64,000 nt of DNA from Camelus ferus (GCF_009834535.1 NC_045696.1:18168001-18232000), one strand, 5' to 3'; positions 24,715-38,020 are shown, counted from the first letter of the stretch. The notes: generated by a model from the letters alone, not told the origin. Numbers and translations: made by a program.

Positions 24715-25300
24715 TAGAGAGAGGTGATTTGACAGGCTTACTGACCCTGACTGGCTTCCAACAAGGGGCAGAACGTGCCAGGCTGATGAAAGGCAGGACC
24801 TTGCTCTTATCCCACAACTGGCTCCTTAATTCCAAGGACATAGTCCTACAACAGGACGATTTACGTCCCACAGCTGCTGCATTAACTCCAAGGACATACC
24901 CAGTATCTCTTTTTTTGTTCCTGCCAAAGTTTCTGCCTCAGGCCTGAGCTCTGACAGAGGAAATAGCTTGTAACAAAAAGTAATTAGCACCATCACCAGA
25001 ATGAAGATAATGAAGGCAGAGCCTTCCAATAAAAGACCCCAGGGCTCCGTCAGAAATTGGAGTTGTCCTGACCAGCTACCTAGCTGACAGCTCTCCACTT
25101 GAGTATTTCCTTCTCTCTCCCTCTCTGAGCAATAAAAGTAGTTCTTTTTTTTCCCCTTTGTTCCCCTGCCTCTGTTGAGAATTCTTTCTCAGTCGATGGG
25201 CAAGGATCCACACATTTGGCGGGTCTTGTTCACCTGCTTCATAGTCTTGCCCATACGTGTGGTGGGCTTTCCAGTTTGGGGGTCCCTCTATCCGCTACCA
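24715..25300 (+). mobile_element. ERV1-class 3' LTR
   Basis: Follows the PPT; TATA-like aataaaagacccc (25028), poly(A) signal AATAAA (25131), U5-like 'gaattctttct...caaggatccacacatttggcgg', ends ccgctacca. Confidence 0.8.
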
Positions 25301-26940
25301 GTTTCTCTAGGCCATTTAGCAAGGTTTCTTCAAGTAAAAACAGTCCTATCTCACAACTCCTTCAATTTTTAATGCCTACATTTTCAAGGCAGTGAGCATC
25401 TGAAACTATCTGTGAAGTCAAAAAAACTATCTTCCAAATGTTTTGTTTATACTCATTCATGGAGGAAACTGAAGGATTGATATGGGTTGAACTGCAGTCA
25501 AAGGATATAAAGTCACATAAGGTTTTTTAAGGGAAATTTTCAAGACTCACTGAATGCACTTTAGTTTCAATGGAGTGGAGGGAGGAACAGAACTCACTGG
25601 GAGCAGAAAGAAAGGAGCATTGTATATACTCCTCCCTGACTCAGCCAGTCTCCCCTGTTAGTGGCTGGTTGCTTTTCTCCTAATTTGTGTAAACAATTCA
25701 ATATGTGAAAGAATATACGATTAATGAGTGGTATGGAATTCTAAATAAATGCGTAGTACAGCCTTGGTTAATTGTAAATTTTTGTTTGCTTTCTATCCCA
25801 TTGTGCCATTCGTGGAGATTATCTGCTGAAAGACAGTAGTGCTTAGATCCTTATGAAAGAAAAATATATTGAAACCTTAATGAAAATAGTTATCACTAAC
25901 CACTGATGATCAAAGGAGAACAATCCCAGATAAACTTAGGAGTTTTCCTCAAACTCATTCCACATACAAATACTTCTACAATTTTACTTCTTCACAGAAT
26001 AACCTTCTGCCAGATAGTGGCTGTAACTTGCATGTCTTGCTGTTCCTAACCGAGATCTTTTCCTACAAACTATATGCTTAATTGTTTTCATTTCCTGACA
26101 AATAAGAGTACACTTCCAGCATTTTAACTTACTTTATCTCTCCTAGAGATAAACTGCAGAGCATTTTTTTTCTCTCATTCTGCCCTCAATATTACTTCCC
26201 TTCCCTCAACCTGTTTTTGTAATTTCTCTTTTTCAAGTACCAGCATTTTACAATCAACTTTATCAACACTGGCTGGTTTAAAAACCCTAGCTCTTAAATG
26301 TCAGGGCTTGTAAAACTTGCTTGGAGAAGACCTAGCTCAATAAAACGATATCAGTGTTTAATAAATCTCACATGATAATGATAAAAATTCAAAGGGCAAT
26401 GTTTTTCCCTCCCAATAACATCACTTTGCAGGCAGGAGAGCAGGACATATTGCATTTTACCATTAATGTTCTTTGATATGTGGCCCTGGTTTGTTCTGGC
26501 ATGGTATTACTATCGGTTAAAATACTGTCTTTTTAATTTCAATAAGAACAACAGAACAGACATTACCAGTGTTTAATTAACTGAACAGCTATGCAACAGA
26601 GAATTTTTGTTTTGCCTCTAGACTGCAGGAGGCTTGCTGGCTAGATGCTCAGCCCCAGATGAGCTATTTGCTAACGCTGATCACTGCCTGTCAGTAGATG
26701 TTAGCACAGGGAAGGACAAAAGGGAATACACAGGGAGATAATAAATGTGGTTGTCAAAACATCTGTCATGTATGAAGCAACTTCAATGAGAAAAGTATTT
26801 TATAGTGATCTCAATGCATATCACAACCTAATTTTGTTCATGTATTATTTTGGGAATTTTTTTTTTTTTGAAGAGCAGTAAATGAGTTCCTCGAATAGCT
26901 TAGCAAAAGGGGAGAGTGTGATGCATTCTTAAAATCAGAT

Positions 26941-27581
26941 TTTTGCCAGTGGATCCAACCGGTGTTCCAGGTTCTTGTCCCATCCCAGAAAGAATTCAGA
27001 GACAAGACATAGAGGTTAAGAAAAGTAAAATTAGGATTTATTAAAGGATGGATAGTACACTCTTAAGGAGAGAGTAGGCAGGCTCAGGTGAGCAGCTGCC
27101 CTGAGTTTCCTTGGCAAGTTAGTTACATTGGGTGTAAAAATGAATGGGTAGAATGTTCACTGAGGAGGGAAGGGCTTGGGGTCCTATTTCCTGATAATCA
27201 TCCCAACTCCACCTTCCCAAAGGGAGAAGGGATTTTTGTCCTTATTTACTCTGGAGCAGAAGTATCATGGCGTCGGTGTATGACAGATACTTCTGATCTG
27301 CAAGGCTAATGTTATTGAAACGAGGGCATAATGAGTAAAAGGCTACATTTGGACACTGGAAACTCTTGCCTTTTCTGACCTTTCTTTGTTGGTCTCCAGG
27401 CCAAAAGGTGTGGCCCCTTATCAGCCCAAAGATTCCAGCTTTTCTTTCTCTGCCCAGGCACCCCTGGTGCTTATGTATGTTTCCTGCATTTGGCTTGTGC
27501 CCCTCCTTTCTGCCCAGTTCCTGCCATTTAGTCTATGTCCCCCTTTCTCTGCTCATATCTAGCTATCTGCCTGCTCTAACA
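26941..27581 (-). mobile_element. ERV1-class solo LTR
   Basis: Perfect 4-bp TSD AGAT (26937-40 / 27582-85); 'ccaggttcttgtcc..aagaattcag...gatttattaa' (minus-strand AATAAA); right end ctctaaca; left TG mutated to TT. Confidence 0.9.
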
Positions 27582-28171
27582 AGATGGGGAAGAAAAAAAA
27601 CTGATTTCGTTATTTCTACTTGAAAAATCATGTCCTGTTAACTAGCAGTAATATAGTTTGGAAATAATATTAGCCCAGGGGCATTTTGTAATACAGATGG
27701 AAATAAGAACGTTAATATCCCTGGAATTCTCCGCTTCTGACTATTACCTGCCATTTCCCCTTTTTTTCTGTCTGCCCTTTCAATCCCTAGAAATATGTGG
27801 TTTGTAATAGTAACACACATTATAGGTCATAACCACATAGACCATCCCTCATTCTTCATTTTCTTCTTTCTTGCCGTCTTTGCCTACTTTCTGGTGTCTC
27901 CTTCTGCCTCTACTGTTCTTCCTTTTTCTGACCCAAAATGTAGATGTGCCCTAGTCCTGTCTTTACGGCTTTTCTTTTCTTTTCCTCCTCCCTCCATTAG
28001 TGGCTCAAGCAGCTTCCTAATTTGATTCTCTTAAATTAGTGGCACCCAAACCTGCCTGTTTCATTTCCTGTTCCAAGGAGGATATAAAATCAGATGTTTC
28101 TTATAAGCTGAGGCTGACCATGTGAGGGTCTCTGATCAGGATCTAGGTGTGCGTTTTCAGTGATGCGCCAG

Positions 28172-28655
28172 TGTTGACTGAAATAAACACGCAGCCTAAA
28201 AGTTGAGAGTTATGTTTTATTGGCGGGAGGACTCAGCCTGGGACAACAGCTTCTGAGATCACTCGGAGGGACTGCTCCGAAGAGGTAGGGGAGGAGCTAG
28301 AATATACAGGAACTTTACAACAAAGACCAGGTAGTTGGAACAATAAAAGATTACTTGTTATCTAAAGAAAACCAGGCATCTCAAGTTAAAGAATTTAGCA
28401 CTTTTCTATGTATGGGAGGAAGCAAACATTTGGGCTCACTGAATTCATTCCGTTGACAAGCATCTATCTATCTAGAGCCAATATCCTGTCCTTTCTTATT
28501 CTGAGTCCCCTCAGGGTGCACCATTGTGAGTGGCTGCAGAGGCCGGGCTGCAGGCTTGTCTTCCCATAGGGGTGGCGGCAGGGGCAGCGGCTGATTACTT
28601 GATGGCTTCAGCAGTCTTTGTTTGCTGATATGGTTTGCAGTATTTTTGGTTCACA
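28172..28655 (-). mobile_element. MER41-like ERV1 solo LTR
   Basis: 'tgttgactgaaataaacacgcagcctaaaagttgagagttatgttttattggcgg...ggactgctccgaagaggtagggg...aatttagcacttttctatgtatgggag...ttcaca'. Confidence 0.88.
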
Positions 28656-28686
28656 CAGGAGACATAATTTTTCATGGCTATGGCCC

Positions 28687-28690
28687 TATA

Positions 28691-28730
<40 letters not shown>

Positions 28731-28734
28731 TATA
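28687..28734. repeat. (TA)n microsatellite
   Basis: Visible directly. Confidence 0.95.
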
Positions 28735-29799
28735 AAATGATAGTTCTTTAGAAGGAAAACAGATTTAGGAAATTAGCGTAATATATGTTTATAATTAATT
28801 AATTATAGGTGTTTTGTGTTATGTTTTGCTTTGTTTTCCCTGGCCTTTCAAAGGGATTTTGATCTTTCAAGTTAAATAACATTACAAGAATATGTTCCTG
28901 TGTTGACACAATGTATCAAAATTTCCTAGCCATTCTGATCTGTGTCACAATCCTTATTTTTCTTGTATCTCATTTCAGAATACTTTAAAAAAATATTTCT
29001 TAAATGTTTGTTCTTTACCATTGCTGTATTTGTTTGTTTTCTCCTAGGATATGCATATTTTAGATCTCCTTTTTATGTCTACTATTGTTAATATTTTGAT
29101 TTTACTACTTGCATCAGTCGTGATAAGTAGGGTACACAATATAAATAAACCTGAACGTTTCAATAGCTTAAAAACGTCTATTCTTATTAGTTTCTAGCAC
29201 CTCCAATTTAATTTTACTAATGGTTTTCTATATCTTTCCTGAATCTTGAATTCATAATTTGAATTTATTAATATATCTAATGGCAATTTTCTAGTGAGTA
29301 TTGTTTTATACTTATTGTTTTTTTTATAATGTCTACTAAAGAAGATGGTTTATTCAAGAAAAATAGCTAACCCTTAGTAAGAATAGGGTTTTTTGCATTG
29401 TAACTTAAACTACTCCCATTCCCAGGCTCTGTGATTGGTTTAAAAAAAAAAAAAAAAAAAAGCCTTAAAACTGCATTACTTGTAAATACCAGACGCCGTG
29501 CAGCTGCTAAACGAGACCAGACCTAGTGTGGAGCTTTTCAAAGTGCTCCACTGCAATAGCATTGTCACTATCTGCCTTGAGTGGAAGCTCCCCGGAAAAG
29601 CATCACTGTGCAGGGCAGAGGCTCATTTTGATCTGACTCAGAGCTTTCTCTTTGAGAAAAGCCTGATGTTCAGGGTGTTTGCTGAAATCAGTCAGAAGCA
29701 ATTGTTCAAAATTGTAATCTGTTGAAAGTTGCAATATGAATGTGGACAAATGAAATACAAAGTCAAAAAAATTTAAAGGAAGATTTGAGAAAGGAGATG

Positions 29800-30245
29800 T
29801 TGATAAAAGACTTTGAAAAGCTCTGACATAGTCCTGGTGATAAAGAACAATGTATGTATACCCAGCTGGGGTGTGTCAGATCTTACTGACACTGAAGCCC
29901 CATACAAACAGAAAGTATGGTTCTGGTATATGTGTAAACTACTTGGGTATTCACGGCATAGGACATTAAGGGATATATGTATATATCCCTGCAGCAAAGC
30001 CTTGAAGACTTTACTGGCTCAAGCCGCTTAAGAAGATAATCTAAGCCACTGAACGATCACTGGCTGACCATTAGAGTAGTTTACTCAAGGGTAACTCCAA
30101 GAATCCAGGTTTCAAAGAAAGAAAGAAAGTGTGAGAGAGAAACTGAGGGAGTACAGAGACTTCAGCAGAAAAGAACAGCTGAAATAAAAAAGTATGGAAG
30201 ATGTGATAACAGAGTTACTACATTATAACCCAAAATAATACAGTT
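29800..30245 (+). mobile_element. Old L1 (L1M4-like) 5'UTR fragment
   Basis: 'gcttaagaa...atcactggctgaccattag...cagagacttcagc...cagagttactacattata'. Confidence 0.55.
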
Positions 30246-32302
30246 TTCTCTGATACTCAGTATGAAACATGTTTTCTTCACAAACACACAATCCCATTTA
30301 AAATGTGGCATTTTATTTTGTTCACTATATGCTTACAAAATTTCATTGAAATTTTAGTATTTAAGGGAAAAGAGACTTGGAAATCACGTTTTTCATTAGG
30401 GAAACCAGTAAATCATGGGTTCAAAATGCAACGTATGAGAAATCCTGCTTTCCGTAAAGAGGTAAAGGCTATAAAATGATCATCTCCCTATCTACAGTCT
30501 AACCTACAGGAAGAAAAAGATGCTGAAGAACAATTAACTTTAGACTTGCATGTAAATTAGGGTTTCAGAATGCCATATGTTTATATTGATTACATATTAT
30601 ATTAAAACAAAATATCTTCCACAACTGTTCGTTTTATAAGACATAAATGTGATGGTTGAAATAGTTTTAATGCTATGAATAGACTGAAAATGAATAAGTT
30701 TATTTGAGCTTTAAACATGTTTGACGTCTTAAATCCTGTTTTCCACCCAATTGCTTTTGTTATTACTTTTATTTTCTCCTTGGATGAATAATTCCAGGAA
30801 GTATGCCATTTGGTTGGTTATGGCATGAGGATGTGGACTACAGAGGCATGGATCCATTTTATGAAGTACAAAAAGTGCTGTTATTTATTCTATTGTATAA
30901 ATATTTCATAGTGCGTAAAATTGTATAAGTAGTGGTAGCCCAGAAATACTGTATTTGTCACTTTACCGATCCAGAGTTCCTTTACAATAATTTTAAACCA
31001 TCACTCTTTCCCATGATCCTACTCTCAACACAATCTGAAGACATATAAAATAAGGAAGTAAATAAAATATTAACCCTAACTTAAATAATAGATCCAACTA
31101 CTTCTAATTATTTTTTTTTTGAAATTCTGATCATGTCAATATTCTGTCTAAAAATTTCTTTAGTGACTCTGTATTTCCGAACACATTAGGAAAAAACAAT
31201 GTCCTGCTTTTAAGGCATTGTATAGTATGCATCTTTTTTCTATTTTTAGCTCTTCATTTCTGGGTATTTTAATTAAACTGAACTACTCATTCTAAACTCA
31301 CTCTGCATTTCAAACACCAAAACCTTGTCTACATGAATGAGTAATTTTAGAGTCAATCTGGTCTGGTTTTCTGAATGCTATGTATTTGTCATATTAGAGG
31401 TCAAATACAAGCTTCAATAGGAAGTTATTCTCAATATCTTCAAACAGATACAACGTCCTTTGGATCCCATGTAATCGTTTGTTTCTCTCTTATGTTGTAT
31501 ACTATGACAATTAGAGAAGAGATTAGATGCCTTGAAAGCCAAGCTGGACATTTTCCACTTTCAAAAACAATTTGCAAAACATTACAAAACAGATTTTCAG
31601 TAAATATGTCTTGATTAAATTGAATCACATCCAACTGTGAACAAGAGAAACTATTAATGTTAATAACTATTGAACTCATTTCATGTGTCAATAGTACACA
31701 GCATTCAGGAAATACACTGTGACAGTCATAATTTCCCCTACTGTTTAATAAAGTTACTTATATTACATTTCCCCCCAGGGCTTAACAAGTTTATATATGT
31801 TTTACCGTCAAATAATACCATTATTTAAATGTCAATTGACTTCTCTCCCTAGAGGGACCATATTACAGGAGTTTTACTTGAGCCAAAATTAGGTTTGTCA
31901 CTGTTAATGAAAACACTGATAATTACTGGATAATTAGTGGAAAACAGTTTGTTGGAACCCTAATACTAGACAGGAAAATCTTCCAAGAATTAACTCATCT
32001 TAAGAGAAGAGTGGATTAAGTCAGTCAACTTGGTACAATAACAGTGATTCAGAAAGCAAAGGAGAGCAGCGTATCTGAATTTACCGAAATCATTGGTGTT
32101 CTCTTCAAGATCAGCTCTGGGGGACTGGTATTGAGTGCTAAGGTGAGAAGTAGGGGTGAGTACAAAAGCTGAAGTAACTGAAATTTTCAGTATGAAACAC
32201 AAAATTGCTTTGAGAATAATGGAATATTATAACCCATGCAAAGAAAATTAGGATTCTTTTTATTAAGCATTGAAATCAGGGAAAACTCAACAAGTTGAAG
32301 CC

Positions 32303-32626
32303 TGTCTGAGTTAGTTTGAGATGCTATAACTGGTTAGCTTATAAACAGAAATTAATTTTTCACAATTGCTGAAACTGAAAAGACCACATTCCATGCCTGG
32401 TGAGATCTCACTTCCTAACTGCCATGTTCCCATGGTGTCCTCATATCATGAAAGGGGCAAGAGAGTTCTTTGGGGTATTTCTTATAAGAAAACTTATCCT
32501 GCTTATGAGGGTTCCATTCTCATGACCAAATCACCTCCCAAAGGCCCTTCCTCAGAATATTATTACATTGGAGATTTGGCTTCAATGTATGAATTTTGGA
32601 GGGACACAAATATTCAGTCTATAGCA
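32303..32626 (-). mobile_element. MLT1A-type MaLR solo LTR
   Basis: 'catgaccaaatcacctcccaaaggccc...tatgaattttggagggacacaaatattcagtctatagca'. Confidence 0.88.
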
Positions 32627-33284
32627 AAAACCCAGTGAAATTAGTTCAGTTGCTTAAAATACGTTATAGATCAGCAGTGATCTCTGAGACTACAGCAGCC
32701 TGGGCTGCAGAATCCAGTACATGCGATTACAAATGTGCAAAAATGATCCCACATGGCCCTAAGAACATTATCTCTGGTACCAAAAGTTTTAGCATCAGGG
32801 CAAAGCCAGTTATGATGAGCAAGAAAGGCCTGCTATTTTGATTGGAAAGAGAGAAAAGTGAGAAGGCATATTTTTAAGGAATTTTGTAAACAAGTATTAG
32901 CACTATTCACAGAGTTACCGAAAAAGAATGGAAACAAATATTAGTGGGCTGCAACCCTAGGCGATTGGATGGAGCTTTTCTTCCTGTTTATAGCCCGAGG
33001 CTCATTTTGCCTGGTTGTGGGGAGGTATGTGAAATGAATATATTTTATATTGATATGACAAACATTTATTCATCATAAAATTACATAAGTAACTACTGAA
33101 ATGGGAACATAATTGCCCCAAATCATGCATCATTCATTCTCACAATGCAACTACATGAGTCATAATACAATTATTACAGTATGTTAAAATCCACAAATTT
33201 AAAGAGCCTTCTCTATAACTGAAGTATTGGTATGTTGTTCAAAATACTTTGGATTTGGGATTCTACAAAAATACTCTTTTAATT

Positions 33285-33524
33285 CAGGGATTAACTTTTT
33301 TTTTATAAAGGTCCATAAAATAAATATTTTGGCTCTGCAGGCCAGATGATCTATGGCAGGACCACTCAATTCTGCTGTGATGGTGTGAAAGCAGCCTTAA
33401 ATAATACATAAATTAATAGGCATAACTGTGTTCCAGTCAGAATTTATTTAAACATAAAGATAAAATAAAGCAAAAAGGGCAGCATGTTGGATTTTGCCCG
33501 TAAGCTGCATTTTATTAACCCCTG
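33285..33524 (+). mobile_element. MER58A (hAT-Charlie) relic
   Basis: cagggga...cccctg terminal inverted repeats; 'taaatattttggctctgcaggcca...actcaattctgctgt...aaagcagcc...ctgtgttccag'. Confidence 0.88.
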
Positions 33525-34671
33525 CTTCAATATATAGCATCTTTATATAATATCTTAATATCTTTGTTTCTCCTAATTTTTAGGGTTATGAGATATTCTT
33601 TAACATAATAATAAATGAATTGCCCCAGATAATAGAAACATTACTGAATTAGAATTGGCAGCTAATTTAGATGAAGTGAACTGATGAGTTTTGATCAAAT
33701 AATCTGACTGAAATAAACGTAGTGATTTTGTCTAAATCAGATTTTTGGAATTGGAAAAATTTAGAGACACAGTCCTTTTGCTGAATTTCTTCCTGCCTGG
33801 CTGTTCCTTAGAGCCATTCTCTGAACATACTTTTGGATTCTTTTACCCATTCTCCCCCTGTCATGGTGATACTCCTTATTCTCACTGGACCACTGAATCA
33901 GGTATTCCTTCCACCTGCTGTGGATTCCAGTGTCTTTGAAATGTTGAGTTTGAATTTAGACAGGAGGAATTAGAAGTTAAGTCAGTGCAAATAAAAAGCA
34001 GCACTATGGGGATAAAAGTAGAGTAGTAGAGAAGAGAGAAAGCCAGAAAGAGGGGATTGAATCGTGATGATTGTCAGGAAAAGGATATGACGCATACTGT
34101 GCTTTAGAGCAATACTTTTCAGCACCCTTCTAAATACTAGAGAGAGACATCCGTAGCAGAGGTGACTGTCATTCTCAGAGAGTTCTAGTCCTGATGAGCA
34201 GTTTGGTTCTTAGCACTAGTTTTGGAAAGATGCAGGGTTGTGAAGTGGTGGCAGGGGGGTGCAGGTTTTCTAACTCTCTGAAGACATTTCCTGGTGTGGG
34301 AGACTGTCTGTTTCCAGGTGAAAAGGGTCTGCTGTGATGTTCCCAGGGGTTTTAGAGACTTTGAAAGTATAGGCCAGAGATGTGTCTCAGATAGCTGTCT
34401 TTGGGAAAACTAGGTAATTTGTAGATTGGTAGCAGGGACAGGGATTTTTTGATTGGAAAAAAATCATGTATTCTTGTATCCTTCTCCTGAAGAGTAAGGA
34501 ATTTATATGGAATGTGATTAGTGTGAATTTCTTTCTTTGAAAATTACTCTAACTAGTGGAGGAATGATTATGTCATTTTGGTCACTTACTCAGCTACCGT
34601 GAATTATAGTTGAATCCCCAGAGATTTGTGTTTCTCAGGGATTTTGGCTTAATAGTAGGATGAGGGGCTTC

Positions 34672-34705
34672 TTATTTTTATTTTTATTTTTATTTTTATT
34701 TTTAT
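34672..34705. repeat. (TTTTTA)n microsatellite
   Basis: Visible directly. Confidence 0.9.
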
Positions 34706-35776
34706 CTTGTAATGGAACAATAATTATAGTTGCCCTAAATAACTGGAAAGAAAGAATCAACTAATCCTCTTGGTGGGTTCTTCCCCTCTGTAAATCTCCC
34801 CTGGGATAGTTTGTCTACTATTTCCATATTTCAGTCCCTGTATTGGGCCAATAGTGGAATGAACTCAATGACTATATAGTTTATTTAATGTCCTTGACAT
34901 GGCTCATCATATGCAATAATAGCACTTCTTTGGTTAGATCACTGAAAATTATCTTTTATATGTTAAGACTTACATCCATTCAGCAAGAATCTTTGAAACT
35001 GTGTTCTTATGGATAGGGACATCCAACACTAATTTTTTCCTAAAAAGACCTTTTCAGAATGTTTTCCTTAATGATATTGATGAAGGTAATAATTTAGGTT
35101 CCCTTTACTCTTATTTTCAAGATAAGTTGAAGTAAGAAATAGGTACTTCTGTACATTCTCTATCAAAACTTCTGAATTTCATAAGACATAAGGGATGATA
35201 GTTTTTTTTCCCTTGCAGATTGATCAACTGAAACTTCCATATCATATGTCATGATGCTGCACTTATGACAAAAGTATGTAGTTTCCAACATGGGGACCAA
35301 GGTGACAGGAAATATTTTGTTTGAAATTCATGGAGCAGCATGGAAAGTAACATTACCTTCAATGTTACTATGATTTTATTTTTAAAAAGTAGGAACTCAT
35401 TGATATAATAACATGAGATCACATTGAACTGTCATTGGAATAATAAAACTAAGTACATAAAAAGGCTCGATTTAAGGCAACATACCAAATCCTAATAAAA
35501 GTAAAAGAAAAATACAACTAACATCTATATGTATATTCACATGTACACATGTATGCAATAGAATATAAACTATATACTATATATAATAGATATCAATTAT
35601 GAACCTGTCTAAATCAATTTGTGTATTCAATAAATGTAAAATAAAATAAAATAAATATTAATAAGACCTTTTTGACCTTGCACAATCTGGCCTTTACCAA
35701 CTACATCAAAATTGTTACATACCACTCTTAGCTGAAAATTAAGTTCCAACCAAACTGGTCTAATTTTGTTGCACAA

Positions 35777-36312
35777 TGTTGTTAAAAGTCCAGATCCAAA
35801 AGGCTACCTGGAAAACAATTGTGGCAAAAAAAAAAAAGTTAGGTTTGTTAACTTGTTGTAATGAGGGAGACAATATTAAAGGAATTGTGAATGTTTTCAG
35901 TAAGAGAGAATCAGGAGTCTATGGGGTTTGAGTTGTTAAGTGATCTTAAAGAGGGCTCATGGAAGCAACAGTTTGTTCTGGATTGTAGGATACCAATAAA
36001 TAAGGTTGATTCAAGAAGTGGTTATCTAAACAATTCTTATCTATACGAGGAGATAAGTGAAGAGGGCTAGAACTGTCATTGGCAAAGAAGTAGCTAGAAA
36101 AAAAGTTTTGGTTATTTTTGTAGTGGCTAAGCTCTTTGTCTTCTTCCTACACACAGACATGATTCAAGAGTGGTCTTGCTTTTACTTCCACAGTGAGCAT
36201 GGAGTGTTCTATTCTGATGTTAACATTATATGGAATTTTTTATGTCAGTAAGAAACACTACATCCTAGATTTTAGCTGTCCGTTTCCAAGGTCATGTTTC
36301 ACTTTTTTCTTC
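35777..36312 (-). mobile_element. Old ERVL-class LTR (MER76-like)
   Basis: Starts TG; 'aggtttgttaacttgttgtaatgagggag', 'attcttatcta', 'gagtggtcttgctttt'; family assignment tentative. Confidence 0.55.
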
Positions 36313-36824
36313 TTGTTTCCCTTATCTTATTTATAGTAACTATCTTATGAATTATTGTAGACAAATCTGGTCTAGCATAATACCATAATTTGTAGGAAAT
36401 AATTCGTAGATTATTAGCATCAATCAAATCTTCAGTTTCCAAATTTTTCCCTTCAGAAACTATTTTGTATGCAATTCGAATTTAAAAATGCCAGAACCAC
36501 TAGTGTTACACAAGAGTTAAAGGAAAACTTAATTTTATTTTCTTACTCAATGAGAAATGTTAAAATAAAATTGAAAATATAATTTTAATAGTGATGTCTT
36601 TTCTCAAATATAGGTTGACATTTTCAACTATGACACAGCAATAATGATAAATCTGTACAATGAAATACTTCTAATCAAAAATAGAAAAAAAATCATTGAC
36701 AAATACAATATAATTTAGAAAATGTTTAGATTGCCTTTTAGATCAGGCAGAGTCAGCATTTCCATAACAATCTAAACACTCTCATCACCCAGGTCATATC
36801 TCATTTTTTAAATTACAATAGATT

Positions 36825-37060
36825 AACGTGGAAGGGAACTCTGATTCTGAGGCAGTATCCTGATTAATATATGACCTTCCTATCAAATTATCTAGGTTTG
36901 CATCATGCCTTCACTTCTTATTGACTGTGTGACATTAAGCAATTTATATAAACTCTCCAAACTTCATTCTCCATATCTGTGAAATCTGATAACACTTGTG
37001 CCTACCACGTGGCATTGTTGTGAGCAGTTTGTGCACATTAATCAATGTCATGATTGTTGT
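36825..37060 (+). mobile_element. MIR SINE
   Basis: 'ctgtgtgacattaagcaatttatataaactctccaaacttcattctccatatctgtgaaat'. Confidence 0.7.
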
Positions 37061-37139
37061 AATTTTTATAATATTATGCTCTAGCTATAAATTTCTACAA
37101 GTTTTGAAGTAAACACCTTACTGATCTGGCTTCTTATTC

Positions 37140-38020
37140 TCAGAGGTAATAATTTTTGTGCTAAGAGGTGGTGGATTAAAAATAAATTACTTAGTTGAAA
37201 CAGAGGTAGCATTGCTATCCAGAGAGGTGTAAAATTTTACAGGACCTGAACAATCAAAGCCCACTGGGGCTAGAATTCAAAAAGTGAAGAAGGAAATAGC
37301 AAACGATGAGTCAGAAAGATCCTCCAATATGTTTGAGGCCATGTTCAGGAAGTAGCAGGACCGGCTGTTTTAAAGAAAAGGTAACACATAATGTAGCTTT
37401 TATTTAATAAATAAGACTGTCAGTAGTGGAGATAACGGATCAGATGAGGATCAGAGTAAATGAAAGGAGATTATTTTGGAGAACCTTCCAGAAGTACTGT
37501 TAACAGGTGGCAGTAGTGAAGATTAATTGGAAATCTAAAAAAAAAAAAGGGAGGGGTGATAAATTGAAATAAATTTAGGAAATACAATTGAAAAGATGTT
37601 ATGGATTGAAAGAAGGCAGGGGAGAATGGTTTTTCAAGAAGAGTAAGTTTTTTGTAAGCTGTACAGATGGATGGCCCTGATGAATATTAGCATCACCAAA
37701 TGGAAACAATTTGGGGAAAAGAACAATACATAGGTTGTATTTTGTAAATGTTGAGTCTAAAGGATTGCTGAGAATTCTAAATAGAGTGGAAATATCAAGG
37801 TAATGATTGAGTATGTGGATCAGGATAAGTCCAAGTTTGTAAGAGACACAAATTGGGGAATCATTGGCATATAGTAAATGAATTCATGGATCGTAAGTTA
37901 CCTAGGGCAGGACTGATTATACAGGGTACAGAGCAAGAAGAGAAGTGGGTTGTCTAGCATTTAACAGTAAAGTAGAGAAGCTCATCTTGATGAAACAGGA
38001 TAAATAAAAACAGAAAACAT
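37140..38020 (-). mobile_element. L2 remnant
   Basis: 'aggtggcagtagtgaagat', 'gattgagtatgtggatc', 'aattggggaatcattggcatatag' antisense L2. Confidence 0.65.

Noticed and set aside
24462..24947. 161-aa ORF as a functional CDS or domesticated env
   Set aside because: It spans the env-tail remnant, PPT and U3; no signal peptide, SU or TM ectodomain; env frame is broken by a stop and frameshifts
25217..25235. TGGCG as a tRNA primer-binding site after an LTR
   Set aside because: The same 'ccacac(a)ttggcgg' motif lies inside U5 of the 40064 LTR, and LTR-like sequence continues to 25300
34030..34620. G-rich stretch as an ancient Gypsy-type or ERVL LTR
   Set aside because: Composition is suggestive but I cannot find termini or match a consensus; left uncalled
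35200..35306. Strong acceptor (ttttttttcccttgcag at 35218) with possible donors at 35274 or 35302 as a coding exon
   Set aside because: All three frames contain stops, donors are weak and no partner exons are identifiable; a non-coding exon cannot be excluded
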